Shown: one piece after another, positions 17,002 to 25,193 of the stretch
Layout: each line of letters starts with the position of its first letter
Numbering within the stretch: the stretch's first letter is position 1
DNA from: an uncultured Clostridia bacterium
Lineage (GTDB): Bacteria > Bacillota > Clostridia > Christensenellales > Borkfalkiaceae
Assembly (NCBI GenBank): GCA_934254825.1
Contig: CAKQMB010000015.1
Span: 1,950-65,949, forward strand
DNA: 64,000 bases
Direction: 5' to 3'
Program-made: the position numbers and the translations under genes
Notes under the pieces: generated by a model
Seen by the model: only the letters and a program-made list of their open reading frames with translations
What the model was told of the DNA's origin: nothing
Database searches by the model: none

Positions 17002-17075
17002 TGGTGACCCCTACGGGATTCGAACCCATGATACCGCCGTGAAAGGGCGATGTCTTACCGCTTGACCAAGGGGCC
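17002..17075 (-). tRNA. tRNA-Glu (anticodon TTC)
   Basis: Hand-folded cloverleaf: ggcccct..gtcaagcggtaagac..tcgcc CTTTCAC ggcgg..atgggttcgaatcccgt..aggggtc a CCA. Confidence 0.9.
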
Positions 17076-17127
17076 TTATTCTGTTGTATATCGCAATGCG
17101 CTTTAAGAAAGTGCAGTTGTTATCATT

Positions 17128-17204
17128 TGGTAGCGGCGGTCAGATTCGAACCAACGACCTGCCGGGTATGAACCGGCCGCTATAACCAACTAAGCTACGC
17201 CGCC
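17128..17204 (-). tRNA. tRNA-Met elongator type (anticodon CAT; Ile2/lysidine type not excluded)
   Basis: ggcggcg ta gctt agttggtta tagc g gccgg TTCATAC ccggc .. gttggttcgaatctgac cgccgct a CCA. Confidence 0.85.
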
Positions 17205-17248
17205 ATAAAAATTCGTAAGCAAGCAAACACGTCGCTTGCTTACTACAA

Positions 17249-17325
<77 letters not shown>

Positions 17326-17476
17326 CCGTCAAATTGCTTGTTTATAATACTATATTCGAAAACAAATGTCAAGAGTTTTTTAGGGGTTTTTGAAAAAAAT
17401 ATTTTTTTTCTTTGTCGTTTGTTTTCTTGTTAAAAATCGCCGTTCTTGTTATAATTGATTAGTGGAGTTTTACGGT

Positions 17477-18811
17477 ATGCTTAATACGGATTTGATTAAA
17501 AAAGGAGACGTTGTCGCGGTCGCGCTTTCGGGCGGGAAGGATTCGGTTTGCCTTCTCGATATGTTATTGTCCGAAAGAGAAAAGCTCGGGGTGACGGTTA
17601 AAGCCGTGAATATCGATCACGGCATACGCGGCGAAACTTCCGTTCGGGACAGCGAGTTCGTTAAGTCTCTTTGCGAAAAGCTCGGCGTGCCGCTTTATTT
17701 TAAAAAACTCGATTGCGTTTCTTTTTCTTCCGAAAACGGATTTTCGACAGAGGAAGGCGCGCGCATTTTAAGATATAAAGTTTTTGACGAAGCGATAAAA
17801 AGCGGCTTTTGCGACAAGATAGCGACGGCGCACCATGCGAGCGACAGAGCGGAAACCGTGCTATTCAATATATTAAGAGGAGCTTCGCCGCTCGGCGCAA
17901 GCGGAATTTCCGACAGTTCGCGCGGCGGAAAGATAATCCGCCCGATGCTTAATCTTTCAAGGCGTGAAATCGACGATTACGCCGAGAAACATAATATAAG
18001 TTACGTTGTGGACGAAACCAACCTCGAAACCGAGTTTACCCGTAATTTTTTACGGCTCGAAGTTCTGCCGCTGATCGAAAAGCGTTTTCCCGAGGCGGAA
18101 AAGAGTATTCTGCGTTTTGCGGACACTCTGAAAGCCGACGAAGAGTATCTGACCGAAACGGCTATGAAATCCGTTACGGAAAAAAACGGAGAAATAAGTT
18201 TTTCTTGCGATCTTGCTTATCCGATTTTTTTAAGAGCTTCCTTTTACGCGATGAAAAAGCTCGGCATACAAAAAGATTACGAAAAAGTACACGGCGAAGC
18301 GGTATATTCCTTGAAAAATTCCGAAAACGGCAAAAAAATAACGCTACCGAAAAATATTTTCGCGGTTAAAGATTACGGCAAAATTACTTTTTATAAAATC
18401 GCGAAAAAAGAAAAGGGCGGGCAAAAAAACGCTTTCGAAATGCCGTTTACTCTCGGCGAACACGAGTTTGCGGGGAAAAAATATAAGTTCGAAATTGTCG
18501 GTGATGATAGTGTAAAAAACGGCGTTAATCGACTTATAGCCGACTTTTCTAAAATTCCAAGCGCCGCGGTTTTGAGAAACAGAAGGGAAGGAGACGTTTT
18601 TCGAAAGTTCGGCGGCGGAACGAAAAAACTTAAAGATTATCTGATAGATAAAAAAGTGCCGTCGAGGGAGCGGGACAAGCTTTTACTGCTTGCCGACGGC
18701 TCGAATGTACTTATTATTTGCGGAATTGAAATTTCCGACGCGATAAAAGTAGACAAAACCACAAGAAATGTGTTACAATGTATATTGTCCGACATAGATA
18801 AATGCGAATGA
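17477..18811 (+). CDS. tilS: tRNA(Ile)-lysidine synthetase
   Basis: PP-loop VAVALSGGKDS. C-terminal ..REGDVFRKFGGGTKKLKDYLIDKKVP. Followed by hpt, as in Firmicutes. The ORF track starts at GTG 17462; ATG 17477 is preferred. Confidence 0.9.
   Translation: MLNTDLIKKGDVVAVALSGGKDSVCLLDMLLSEREKLGVTVKAVNIDHGIRGETSVRDSEFVKSLCEKLGVPLYFKKLDCVSFSSENGFSTEEGARILRYKVFDEAIKSGFCDKIATAHHASDRAETVLFNILRGASPLGASGISDSSRGGKIIRPMLNLSRREIDDYAEKHNISYVVDETNLETEFTRNFLRLEVLPLIEKRFPEAEKSILRFADTLKADEEYLTETAMKSVTEKNGEISFSCDLAYPIFLRASFYAMKKLGIQKDYEKVHGEAVYSLKNSENGKKITLPKNIFAVKDYGKITFYKIAKKEKGGQKNAFEMPFTLGEHEFAGKKYKFEIVGDDSVKNGVNRLIADFSKIPSAAVLRNRREGDVFRKFGGGTKKLKDYLIDKKVPSRERDKLLLLADGSNVLIICGIEISDAIKVDKTTRNVLQCILSDIDKCE
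18524..18548 (-). repeat. dispersed repeat, copy d (inside the tilS coding sequence)
   Basis: gttaatcgacttatagccgactttt is the reverse complement of aaaagtcgg-ctataagtcgattaac. It is read in tilS as GVNRLIADF. Confidence 0.85.
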
Positions 18812-18831
18812 CAAGATAACCAAGGAGAGCT

Positions 18832-19374
18832 ATGTTAAACGAAGTATTGGAAAAAACTCTTATTTCCGAAGCGGAAATAAAGGCGAGAGTAAGCGAACTT
18901 GCAAAGCAGATTGAAAAAGACTACGAAGGCAAAGCGCCGACTATGGTAGGCGTTTTAAAAGGAAGCGTAATGTTTTACACCGATCTTGTAAGACAGATCA
19001 ATCTTCCGCTCACTGTCGATTTTATGTCGATTTCGAGCTACGGCGCGGGCGTCAATTCTACGGGCGAAGTTAAAATCATCAAAGATATCGACGGGAAAAT
19101 CGGCGGAAAAGACGTAATAATCGTCGAAGATATTATCGACAGCGGATATTCTATGAACTGTCTTTTGAAGCTTTTCGCGACCCGTTCGCCGAAATCCGTG
19201 AGAGTTTGCGCGCTTCTGGACAAACCGTCGAGAAGGGAAATACCCGTTCCGATAGATTACACGGGATTTCAGGTCGCAAACGAGTTTGTCGTAGGATACG
19301 GTCTCGATTATGCGGGACTTTACAGAAACATTCCGTTCATCGGCGTGCTTAAAAAGGAAGTATACGAAAAATAA
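18832..19374 (+). CDS. hpt: hypoxanthine phosphoribosyltransferase
   Basis: 180 aa. PRPP-binding motif VIIVEDIIDSGYSM. GYGLDY near the C-terminus. Confidence 0.92.
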   Translation: MLNEVLEKTLISEAEIKARVSELAKQIEKDYEGKAPTMVGVLKGSVMFYTDLVRQINLPLTVDFMSISSYGAGVNSTGEVKIIKDIDGKIGGKDVIIVEDIIDSGYSMNCLLKLFATRSPKSVRVCALLDKPSRREIPVPIDYTGFQVANEFVVGYGLDYAGLYRNIPFIGVLKKEVYEK

Positions 19375-19396
19375 TCGATATATTCGGCATAATTTT

Positions 19397-19447
19397 GCCC
19401 GTTTTACGGATAAGACGAAAAATCTTATTCGCGAAACGGGCTTTTTT
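19397..19447 (+). terminator. intrinsic terminator after hpt
   Basis: GCCCGTTT...AAACGGGC followed by TTTTTT, with an inner ATAAGA/TCTTAT helix. Confidence 0.65.
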
Positions 19448-19475
19448 GTTGCGTGTTGCGGGCGCGGCTTAGAAA

Positions 19476-19652
19476 TCAGGTGTTGAAAATATTGTTCGCG
19501 TCGCTGTTGTTGTTTCTGTTGCCGTCGTAATCGCGGCAATTATAAACGGTCGTGGAAAGAAGCGCGAGCAGAAGCAGTACCTGCGTAAGATTTATATACC
19601 CCTCGGCGTACAGCAAATAAAGCAAACCTAAAAGAACAATGTTGGAATTCAT
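19476..19652 (-). CDS. 58-aa hydrophobic/Asn-rich peptide (below the ORF-track cutoff)
   Basis: My own translation: MNSNIVLLGLLYLLYAEGYINLTQVLLLLALLSTTVYNCRDYDGNRNNNSDANNIFNT*. GGAGG RBS 6 nt upstream. Divergent from the ArsR-type gene. Confidence 0.45.
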   Translation of the reverse strand: MNSNIVLLGLLYLLYAEGYINLTQVLLLLALLSTTVYNCRDYDGNRNNNSDANNIFNT

Positions 19653-19822
19653 ATTACCTCCGATATAACAAAATTCTCTTTTATTATACGTTATGCGACA
19701 AAAATCGATTATATGTTTTATTGACAGTCTTTCGATATAAATTGTATAATAAAAGAAAAGAATATCGGGCGGAATTTACTTTTTTTTCGCTTGAAAAATC
19801 TTATTCTGAAAGGAGACGAATT

Positions 19823-20164
19823 ATGGGCGCGGCGACGTTGATGATAGATAAAAAGACTTTCGATATGGTGGGCGATTATCTCCCTGGCGGGGAAGTTCTG
19901 GACGATCTTGTCGACTTTTTCTCGCTTTTTTCGGATAAAACAAGGCTGAAAATCCTATGCGCGCTTTCCGTTTCCGAAATGTGCGTAACCGATCTCGCGC
20001 TGACGATAGGCGTAAATCAGACCACGCTTTCGCATCAGCTTCGGATAATGCGTTCGGTCGGGGCGGTGAACGTCAGAAGAGAGGGGAAAATAATTTATTA
20101 CGGGATAAGAAACGACGTGATAAACGACATAATTTTCAAAGGAATGGATTTCCTCGCCGGGTGA
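19823..20164 (+). CDS. ArsR/SmtB-family metalloregulator
   Basis: The start is ATG 19823, behind AAGGAGA. LFSDKTRLKILCALSVSEMCVTDLALTIGVNQTTLSHQLRIMR is the ArsR wHTH signature, including a Cys in helix 3. Confidence 0.85.
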   Translation: MGAATLMIDKKTFDMVGDYLPGGEVLDDLVDFFSLFSDKTRLKILCALSVSEMCVTDLALTIGVNQTTLSHQLRIMRSVGAVNVRREGKIIYYGIRNDVINDIIFKGMDFLAG

Positions 20165-20178
20165 TTTGTTTGTTTTTA

Positions 20179-20312
20179 TGATGCGATTTTACTGTTAGGT
20201 AATTCGTTCGCGTTTATTGTGCGATTTTACTGTCCGGTAATTCGTTTGCATTTATTGTGCGACTTTATTGTCCGGTAATTCGTTTGTTTCTTTATTGCGA
20301 TTTTATTTCGAA
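20179..20312. repeat. 38-bp tandem repeat, about 3.4 copies
   Basis: gcgattttactg starts at 20183 and 20221, gcgactttattg at 20259, and gcgattttattt at 20297. Units run as ..ttattgtgcgattttactgtccggtaattcgtttgca.. Confidence 0.85.
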
Positions 20313-20340
20313 TACATAATTTGCATAAACAGCTATAAAT

Positions 20341-20372
20341 GAGCCGCCCGAGGCTGATGCCTCGGGCGGCTC
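20341..20372. terminator. perfect 13-bp hairpin, shared terminator of the convergent ArsR-type gene and leuS
   Basis: GAGCCGCCCGAGG-ctgatg-CCTCGGGCGGCTC. Confidence 0.7.
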
Positions 20373-20438
20373 TTAGTTTAACATATAAATTTTAAATCGA
20401 AACAAAACAAAATGGGTTTGAAAAACCTTTTATCGGCA

Positions 20439-22874
20439 TCAGCCTTTGACGATAAAGTTTACGAGTCTGCCTTTAACGACAACGGCTTTAACGATTTCTT
20501 TTTCGCTTACCATTTTCGCGATGGTCTCGTTTGCAAGCGCGATCGCCTTGATTTCGTCCTCGGTGGCGTCCTTGGAAACGTTGATTTTCGCTTTGACTTT
20601 GCTGTTCAACTGAACGGCAAGTTCGATTTCGTCTTTAACGAGCGCGTTTTCGTCGCAAACGGGGTAGCTTTCGGTGAATACCGAGTGCTTGTTGCCCCTT
20701 TCCGACCAAAGTTCTTCCGCAAAATGCGGCGCGCAGGGAGCGAGGAGAAGAATAAGCGTGTCCGTTACCTTTCTCAAAAGCCCTTCGTTTCTGCCTTCGA
20801 TACCGTCGTATTTATAAATTGCGGTAACGAATTCCATAAGTCTCGCAATCGCCGTGTTGAAAGAGAAATTGTTCATATCTCTGTCCACGTTCTTAACGCA
20901 ATACGCTTCGGCGTACAAGAGTTCTTTTTCGTCTTTTCCGAGCGGAATATTGCCGTTAATCGGCTTATAGCCGCTTGTTTTAACGATGATCCTTTCCGCT
21001 CTTTCGACGAATTTCGCCAAAGATTTAATTCCGTTGTCGTCCCACGGACCGCCTGCGGTGTAATCGAATCCGAACATAAGATACATTCTGAAAACGTCCG
21101 ATCCGTAAGTGTCGATATAGGAGTCGGGGGAAACTACGTTGCCTCTCGACTTGCTCATTCTCATTCCGTCGGGTCCTAAAATTATGCCCTGGTGAGTAAG
21201 AGATTTGAACGGCTCGTCGAAGTTAAGATAGCCCATATCTCTCAAAGCCTTCGTTATGAAACGAGCATATAAAAGGTGCATGCAAGCGTGTTCGGGTCCG
21301 CCGACGTATTTATCGACGGGGAGCATCTTGTTGATTATCTCGGGGTTAAAAGGCATATCCGCGTTTTTGCTGTCCGGATATCTTAAATAATACCAGCTCG
21401 AACAAACGAAAGTGTCGAGCGTGTCGGGGTCGCGTTGAGCCTTGCCGCCGCACTTGGGGCAGGTCGTGTTCATAAACGACTCGCATTTCGCAAGCGGGGA
21501 TTTGCCGTCCGGTCTGAATTCCACGTTTTTCGGGAGAAGAACGGGCAGGTCTTTATAAGGTACGGGAACCGCTCCGCATTTTTCGCAGTGAATAACGGGA
21601 ATAGGCGCGCCCCAGTATCTCTGACGGGAAACGAGCCAGTCGCGAAGCCTGTAATTGACTTTGTGCTGACCTTTCGATTCGGAGAAAAGTCTGTTTAAAA
21701 TAGCCTTTCTGCCTTCTTCGGAAGTAAGTCCGTCGTACTCCGCACTGTTTACCAAAACTCCGTCTTCCGTGTAGGGGAGAACGGTTTCGCCGTGAGGGTT
21801 GTGAATAACCACGTTCACGGGGAGATTGTATTTCTGAGCGAAGAGGAAATCTCTCGCGTCGTGAGCGGGAACGCCCATAACCGCGCCCGTTCCGTAAGAA
21901 TACAAAACGTAATCCGCCGCGTAGATCGGAACTTTGTTTCCGGTAACGGGATTTATCGCGTAAGCTCCGATAAACACGCCCGTTTTTTCGCGCGAAGTGG
22001 AAAGACGTTCGATTTCGTCCGTTTTGGAAGTTTCTTCGATATAATGCAGAACGTCGGCTTCCCTGTCTTTTGTCATCAGCTTTTTAACGAGCGGGTGTTC
22101 GGGGGCGAGAACGACGTACGAAACGCCGAAAAGCGTGTCCGCGCGGGTGGTGAAGACTTTGAATTCGTCTCCGCTTTCGGTTTTGAAAACTATTTCGCCG
22201 CCCGTGGATCTGCCTATCCAGTTCTTCTGCATGGCTTTGGTTTTTTCGGGCCAGTCGAGTCCGTCGAGCTTGTCGAGCAGTTCTTCGGCGTATTTGGTTA
22301 TGCGGAAAAACCATTGAGTAAGATCGCGTTTAACGACCTGCGTTCCGCATCTTTCGCAGTGTCCGTCCGTGACCTGTTCGTTGGCAAGCACGGTGTTGCA
22401 GCTCGGACACCAGTTTACGGGAGCTTCTTTTCTGTAAGCGAGTCCGTTTTCGTAAAGTTTAAGGAAAAGCCACTGCGTCCATTTGTAGTAGTCGGGCATA
22501 CAGGTTTTGATTTCCGCCGACCAGTCGAACATCGCGCCCATTTTTTTGAGCTGACCTTCCATCGTCGCGATATTTTCAAGCGTCGATTCCTCGGGATGAA
22601 CGCCTGTTTTTATAGCGTAGTTTTCGGCGGGGAGACCGAACGCGTCGAATCCCATCGGCTCGAAAACTTCGTATCCTTTCATTTTTTTGTATCTCGCAAA
22701 GCTGTCCGTAAGACCGTAGTTATACCAGTGTCCGAGATGAAGTTTGGAAGCGGAAGGGTAAGAAAACATTTCGAGACAGTAAAATTTCTTGTCGATATTC
22801 TTCTTATTGAAATTATAAAGCTTTTCTTTTTCCCATTTCTGTTGCCATTTTGCCTCAACGGCTTTCATATCCAT
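20439..22874 (-). CDS. leuS: leucyl-tRNA synthetase
   Basis: 811 aa. HLGHWYNY (HIGH-type) and RMSKSRGN (KMSKS) motifs, plus zinc-binding Cys pairs in the CP1/editing region. Confidence 0.97.
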   Translation of the reverse strand: MDMKAVEAKWQQKWEKEKLYNFNKKNIDKKFYCLEMFSYPSASKLHLGHWYNYGLTDSFARYKKMKGYEVFEPMGFDAFGLPAENYAIKTGVHPEESTLENIATMEGQLKKMGAMFDWSAEIKTCMPDYYKWTQWLFLKLYENGLAYRKEAPVNWCPSCNTVLANEQVTDGHCERCGTQVVKRDLTQWFFRITKYAEELLDKLDGLDWPEKTKAMQKNWIGRSTGGEIVFKTESGDEFKVFTTRADTLFGVSYVVLAPEHPLVKKLMTKDREADVLHYIEETSKTDEIERLSTSREKTGVFIGAYAINPVTGNKVPIYAADYVLYSYGTGAVMGVPAHDARDFLFAQKYNLPVNVVIHNPHGETVLPYTEDGVLVNSAEYDGLTSEEGRKAILNRLFSESKGQHKVNYRLRDWLVSRQRYWGAPIPVIHCEKCGAVPVPYKDLPVLLPKNVEFRPDGKSPLAKCESFMNTTCPKCGGKAQRDPDTLDTFVCSSWYYLRYPDSKNADMPFNPEIINKMLPVDKYVGGPEHACMHLLYARFITKALRDMGYLNFDEPFKSLTHQGIILGPDGMRMSKSRGNVVSPDSYIDTYGSDVFRMYLMFGFDYTAGGPWDDNGIKSLAKFVERAERIIVKTSGYKPINGNIPLGKDEKELLYAEAYCVKNVDRDMNNFSFNTAIARLMEFVTAIYKYDGIEGRNEGLLRKVTDTLILLLAPCAPHFAEELWSERGNKHSVFTESYPVCDENALVKDEIELAVQLNSKVKAKINVSKDATEDEIKAIALANETIAKMVSEKEIVKAVVVKGRLVNFIVKG

Positions 22875-23124
22875 AAAAAAGCTCCTCCTTTACATGGTTA
22901 AAGTCTATATAGTGGCTATTATACCACAAATCGAAAAGTTTTTCTACTTTTTTAACGGTGTTTGAAAGCGATAAAATATATTTTTTATAAACTTAAAAAA
23001 TCGGCTTTAAACATATGACTTTTTTTTCGCAATGTGGTATTATTAGCCGTGGCGGAAAAGGCTTGCCGAAATTTGTTTTAAGCCTGTCTTTTTTTGCCAC
23101 GCGTAATGAAACAAAAGGTGAAAT

Positions 23125-24258
23125 ATGTTGGATAATCAAGAAGAGAGTAAATCGTCGGACGGCGTTACGGGAAACGCGCCCGTCGGCGCGACGGAAAACG
23201 TGAAACAAAACTCGGAGGAGAGTGCGGCGGAAGGCGCGTATACGTTCTTTCCCGAAAAAGAAATAGTAAAATATTCGGTTGCGAAAGACGACTGGGTCGT
23301 TCCCGAAGATAAAAGAAAAAAGACGCTTTCGTCCATACTTTTCGTATTTCTGGCGGCGGCGTTTTATGCGGTCGGGTTCCATTATTTCGTAGACCCGTGC
23401 AATTTCGCGCCCGGCGGAATCGGCGGCGTTGTGGCAATGGTGAAATATGTGATTTACGGACCCGCGTCGCAAGTTCCGAGCGGCGGGGTGGATTACAGTT
23501 CCCTGTTATTCGTTGTCTGCAACATACCGCTTCTTATCCCCGCGTATAAAATATTGTCGAAAGAATTCGTCGTAAAAACGGCGGTCGTCGCCGTTTTGAT
23601 TGCGGTGATAATGTTCCTTCTCGATAACTTTATCGATCCGAACAAATATTTTTCGATCAAATACGCGAGCGAACTTGCGGGTAACGAAAAAATCGAAATG
23701 GGGACGAGACTTTTGTCTTCGCTTGTCGGCGGAGCGGTTTGCGGTTTGTCGCTTGCGTGCGCGCTTAAAACCAACGCGTCTACGGGCGGCGCGGACATCG
23801 TGGGAGCGATGATTCAGAAGAAAAATCCGCACAAAAGCGTCGCCTCGATGATTTTTGCGGTAAACGGCGTGATTTTCGGAGTTTCGTTCTTCGTTTACGG
23901 AAACGACACGCTTCCCGTTTTCCTTTCCTTAATTTATACATATACAACGACCAAAACGTGCGATTATATAATGTACGGAACAAAGAACGCTCTTAAATTC
24001 GAGGTGATAACCGAACACGCCGAGGAGATATCCAAAGACATCATCGAAAAACTCGGTCACGGCGTTACGGTCACTCCCGCGGAAGGTATGTTCGAGCATA
24101 AAAACAAGGTTCTTCTTATCTGCGTGATAAAACCCCGTCAGACGGTGCAGTTTCAGGAAATAATCAACCGTTATCCCGAAACGTTCGCGTATGTCGGAAC
24201 GGTCAGCGAAGTAATCGGTAAATTCAATTCCGAAGGCAGAAAAGAAAAGAAGAAATAA
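23125..24258 (+). CDS. YitT-family membrane protein (with DUF2179-like C-terminal domain)
   Basis: FHYFVDPCNFAPGGIGGVVAMV, multiple TM helices, and a C-terminal soluble domain ..VTVTPAEGMFEHKNKVLLICVIKPRQ... About 70 aa of acidic N-terminal extension. Confidence 0.85.
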   Translation: MLDNQEESKSSDGVTGNAPVGATENVKQNSEESAAEGAYTFFPEKEIVKYSVAKDDWVVPEDKRKKTLSSILFVFLAAAFYAVGFHYFVDPCNFAPGGIGGVVAMVKYVIYGPASQVPSGGVDYSSLLFVVCNIPLLIPAYKILSKEFVVKTAVVAVLIAVIMFLLDNFIDPNKYFSIKYASELAGNEKIEMGTRLLSSLVGGAVCGLSLACALKTNASTGGADIVGAMIQKKNPHKSVASMIFAVNGVIFGVSFFVYGNDTLPVFLSLIYTYTTTKTCDYIMYGTKNALKFEVITEHAEEISKDIIEKLGHGVTVTPAEGMFEHKNKVLLICVIKPRQTVQFQEIINRYPETFAYVGTVSEVIGKFNSEGRKEKKK

Positions 24259-24357
24259 AAAACGTTTTTGCAAAAAACTGCCTTGCCCGATTTAAATCGG
24301 ATAAGGCGGGCGAACGATGTTCGCCCCTGCGAGTAATCGTGTAATAATCAAAAAATA

Positions 24358-24407
24358 AAGTCTCCCGCGGCGAAGCGAAATCGCTTCGCCGCGGGAGACT
24401 TGTTTTA
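24358..24407 (+). terminator. intrinsic terminator after the YitT-family gene
   Basis: AAGTCTCCCGCGGCGAAGCGA-aa-TCGCTTCGCCGCGGGAGACTT followed by gTTTT. Confidence 0.8.
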
Positions 24408-24411
24408 TGCC

Positions 24412-24437
24412 GTTAATCGACTTATAAGCCGACTTTT
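24412..24437 (-). repeat. dispersed repeat, copy e
   Basis: gttaatcgacttataagccgactttt is the reverse complement of aaaagtcggcttataagtcgattaac. It lies immediately after the terminator. Confidence 0.85.
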
Positions 24438-24658
24438 GCGATCCGATTGCTTGAAATTCGCGTAAGAAAAAACGTTGAAAGAGAAACAAACGCGGACGGA
24501 ATGTTCGTAAAAATAAGTATAAAAAATAAATATCGGTCGAAAATAATATCGGCTACCCCGAATATTACATACAATATAGTAGGGGGACGCTCGAAGAGCC
24601 GCCGAAAATTATCGGGAGAAAACCGATTTTAAAGCGAGCGGCAAAGTGAGGATCGATT

Positions 24659-25012
24659 ATGATAAAGAGAGGCGAACTGTATTACGCCGATCTCAGTCCC
24701 GTGGTCGGGAGCGAGCAGGGCGGCGTAAGACCCGTACTCGTGGTTCAGAACGACGTGGGTAACAAATACAGCCCCACGGTTATCGCGGCGGCGGTGACGA
24801 GCAAGCTTACCAAAGCAAAACTTCCTACGCATATCGAACTCGACGCTTCCCTTTACGGACTGAGCAAAAACTCCGTCGTTCTGCTCGAACAGATACGAAC
24901 TTTGGATAAAAGAAGATTGAAAGAGCGGATAGGCGAATTGCCGTCGGGTACTATGCAGAAGGTGAACGGCGCGCTTCTGGTAAGTCTCGGTTTCGCCGAG
25001 AAAACCGTGTAA
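24659..25012 (+). CDS. mazF: MazF/PemK (EndoA-type) endoribonuclease toxin
   Basis: [57 protein letters not shown] is almost the textbook EndoA/MazF N-terminus. Confidence 0.92.
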   Translation: MIKRGELYYADLSPVVGSEQGGVRPVLVVQNDVGNKYSPTVIAAAVTSKLTKAKLPTHIELDASLYGLSKNSVVLLEQIRTLDKRRLKERIGELPSGTMQKVNGALLVSLGFAEKTV

Positions 25013-25042
25013 CCGGGTTTATATGTTATGCGGTATTATGTC

Positions 25043-25078
25043 GCGCGGAAGGTTTAAAAAGCCTTCCGCGCGCTTTTA
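25043..25078 (+). terminator. intrinsic terminator after mazF
   Basis: GCGCGGAAGG-tttaaaaag-CCTTCCGCGC followed by gcTTTTATATTT. Confidence 0.75.
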
Positions 25079-25193
25079 TATTTACCGTATTATATTAAGA
25101 ACGGAAAAATACTTTACAAAATTATCCGAAAATGATAAAATGACTTTATTAAATATTTTGCGTCGGACAAGAGCAATACGAAAGAGGAACGAT

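Noticed and set aside
20412-22901. Plus-strand ORFs 20412..21179 and 21792..22901 opposite leuS; also 7644..8729 (-) opposite metN/metI, 26625..27401 (-) opposite nadE, 18955..19539 (-) opposite hpt, and 57883..58611 / 56572..57408 (-) in the sugar locus.
   Set aside because: They are shadow ORFs antisense to genes with unambiguous family signatures. Their translations are Arg/Phe/Val-rich with no recognisable domains.
24447-24632. The 61-aa ORF upstream of mazF as the MazE antitoxin.
   Set aside because: It has a non-ATG start and no RBS. The sequence is highly basic (..GGRSKSRRKLSGENRF) with no ribbon-helix-helix or AbrB/SpoVT-like pattern, and it is not translationally coupled to mazF.
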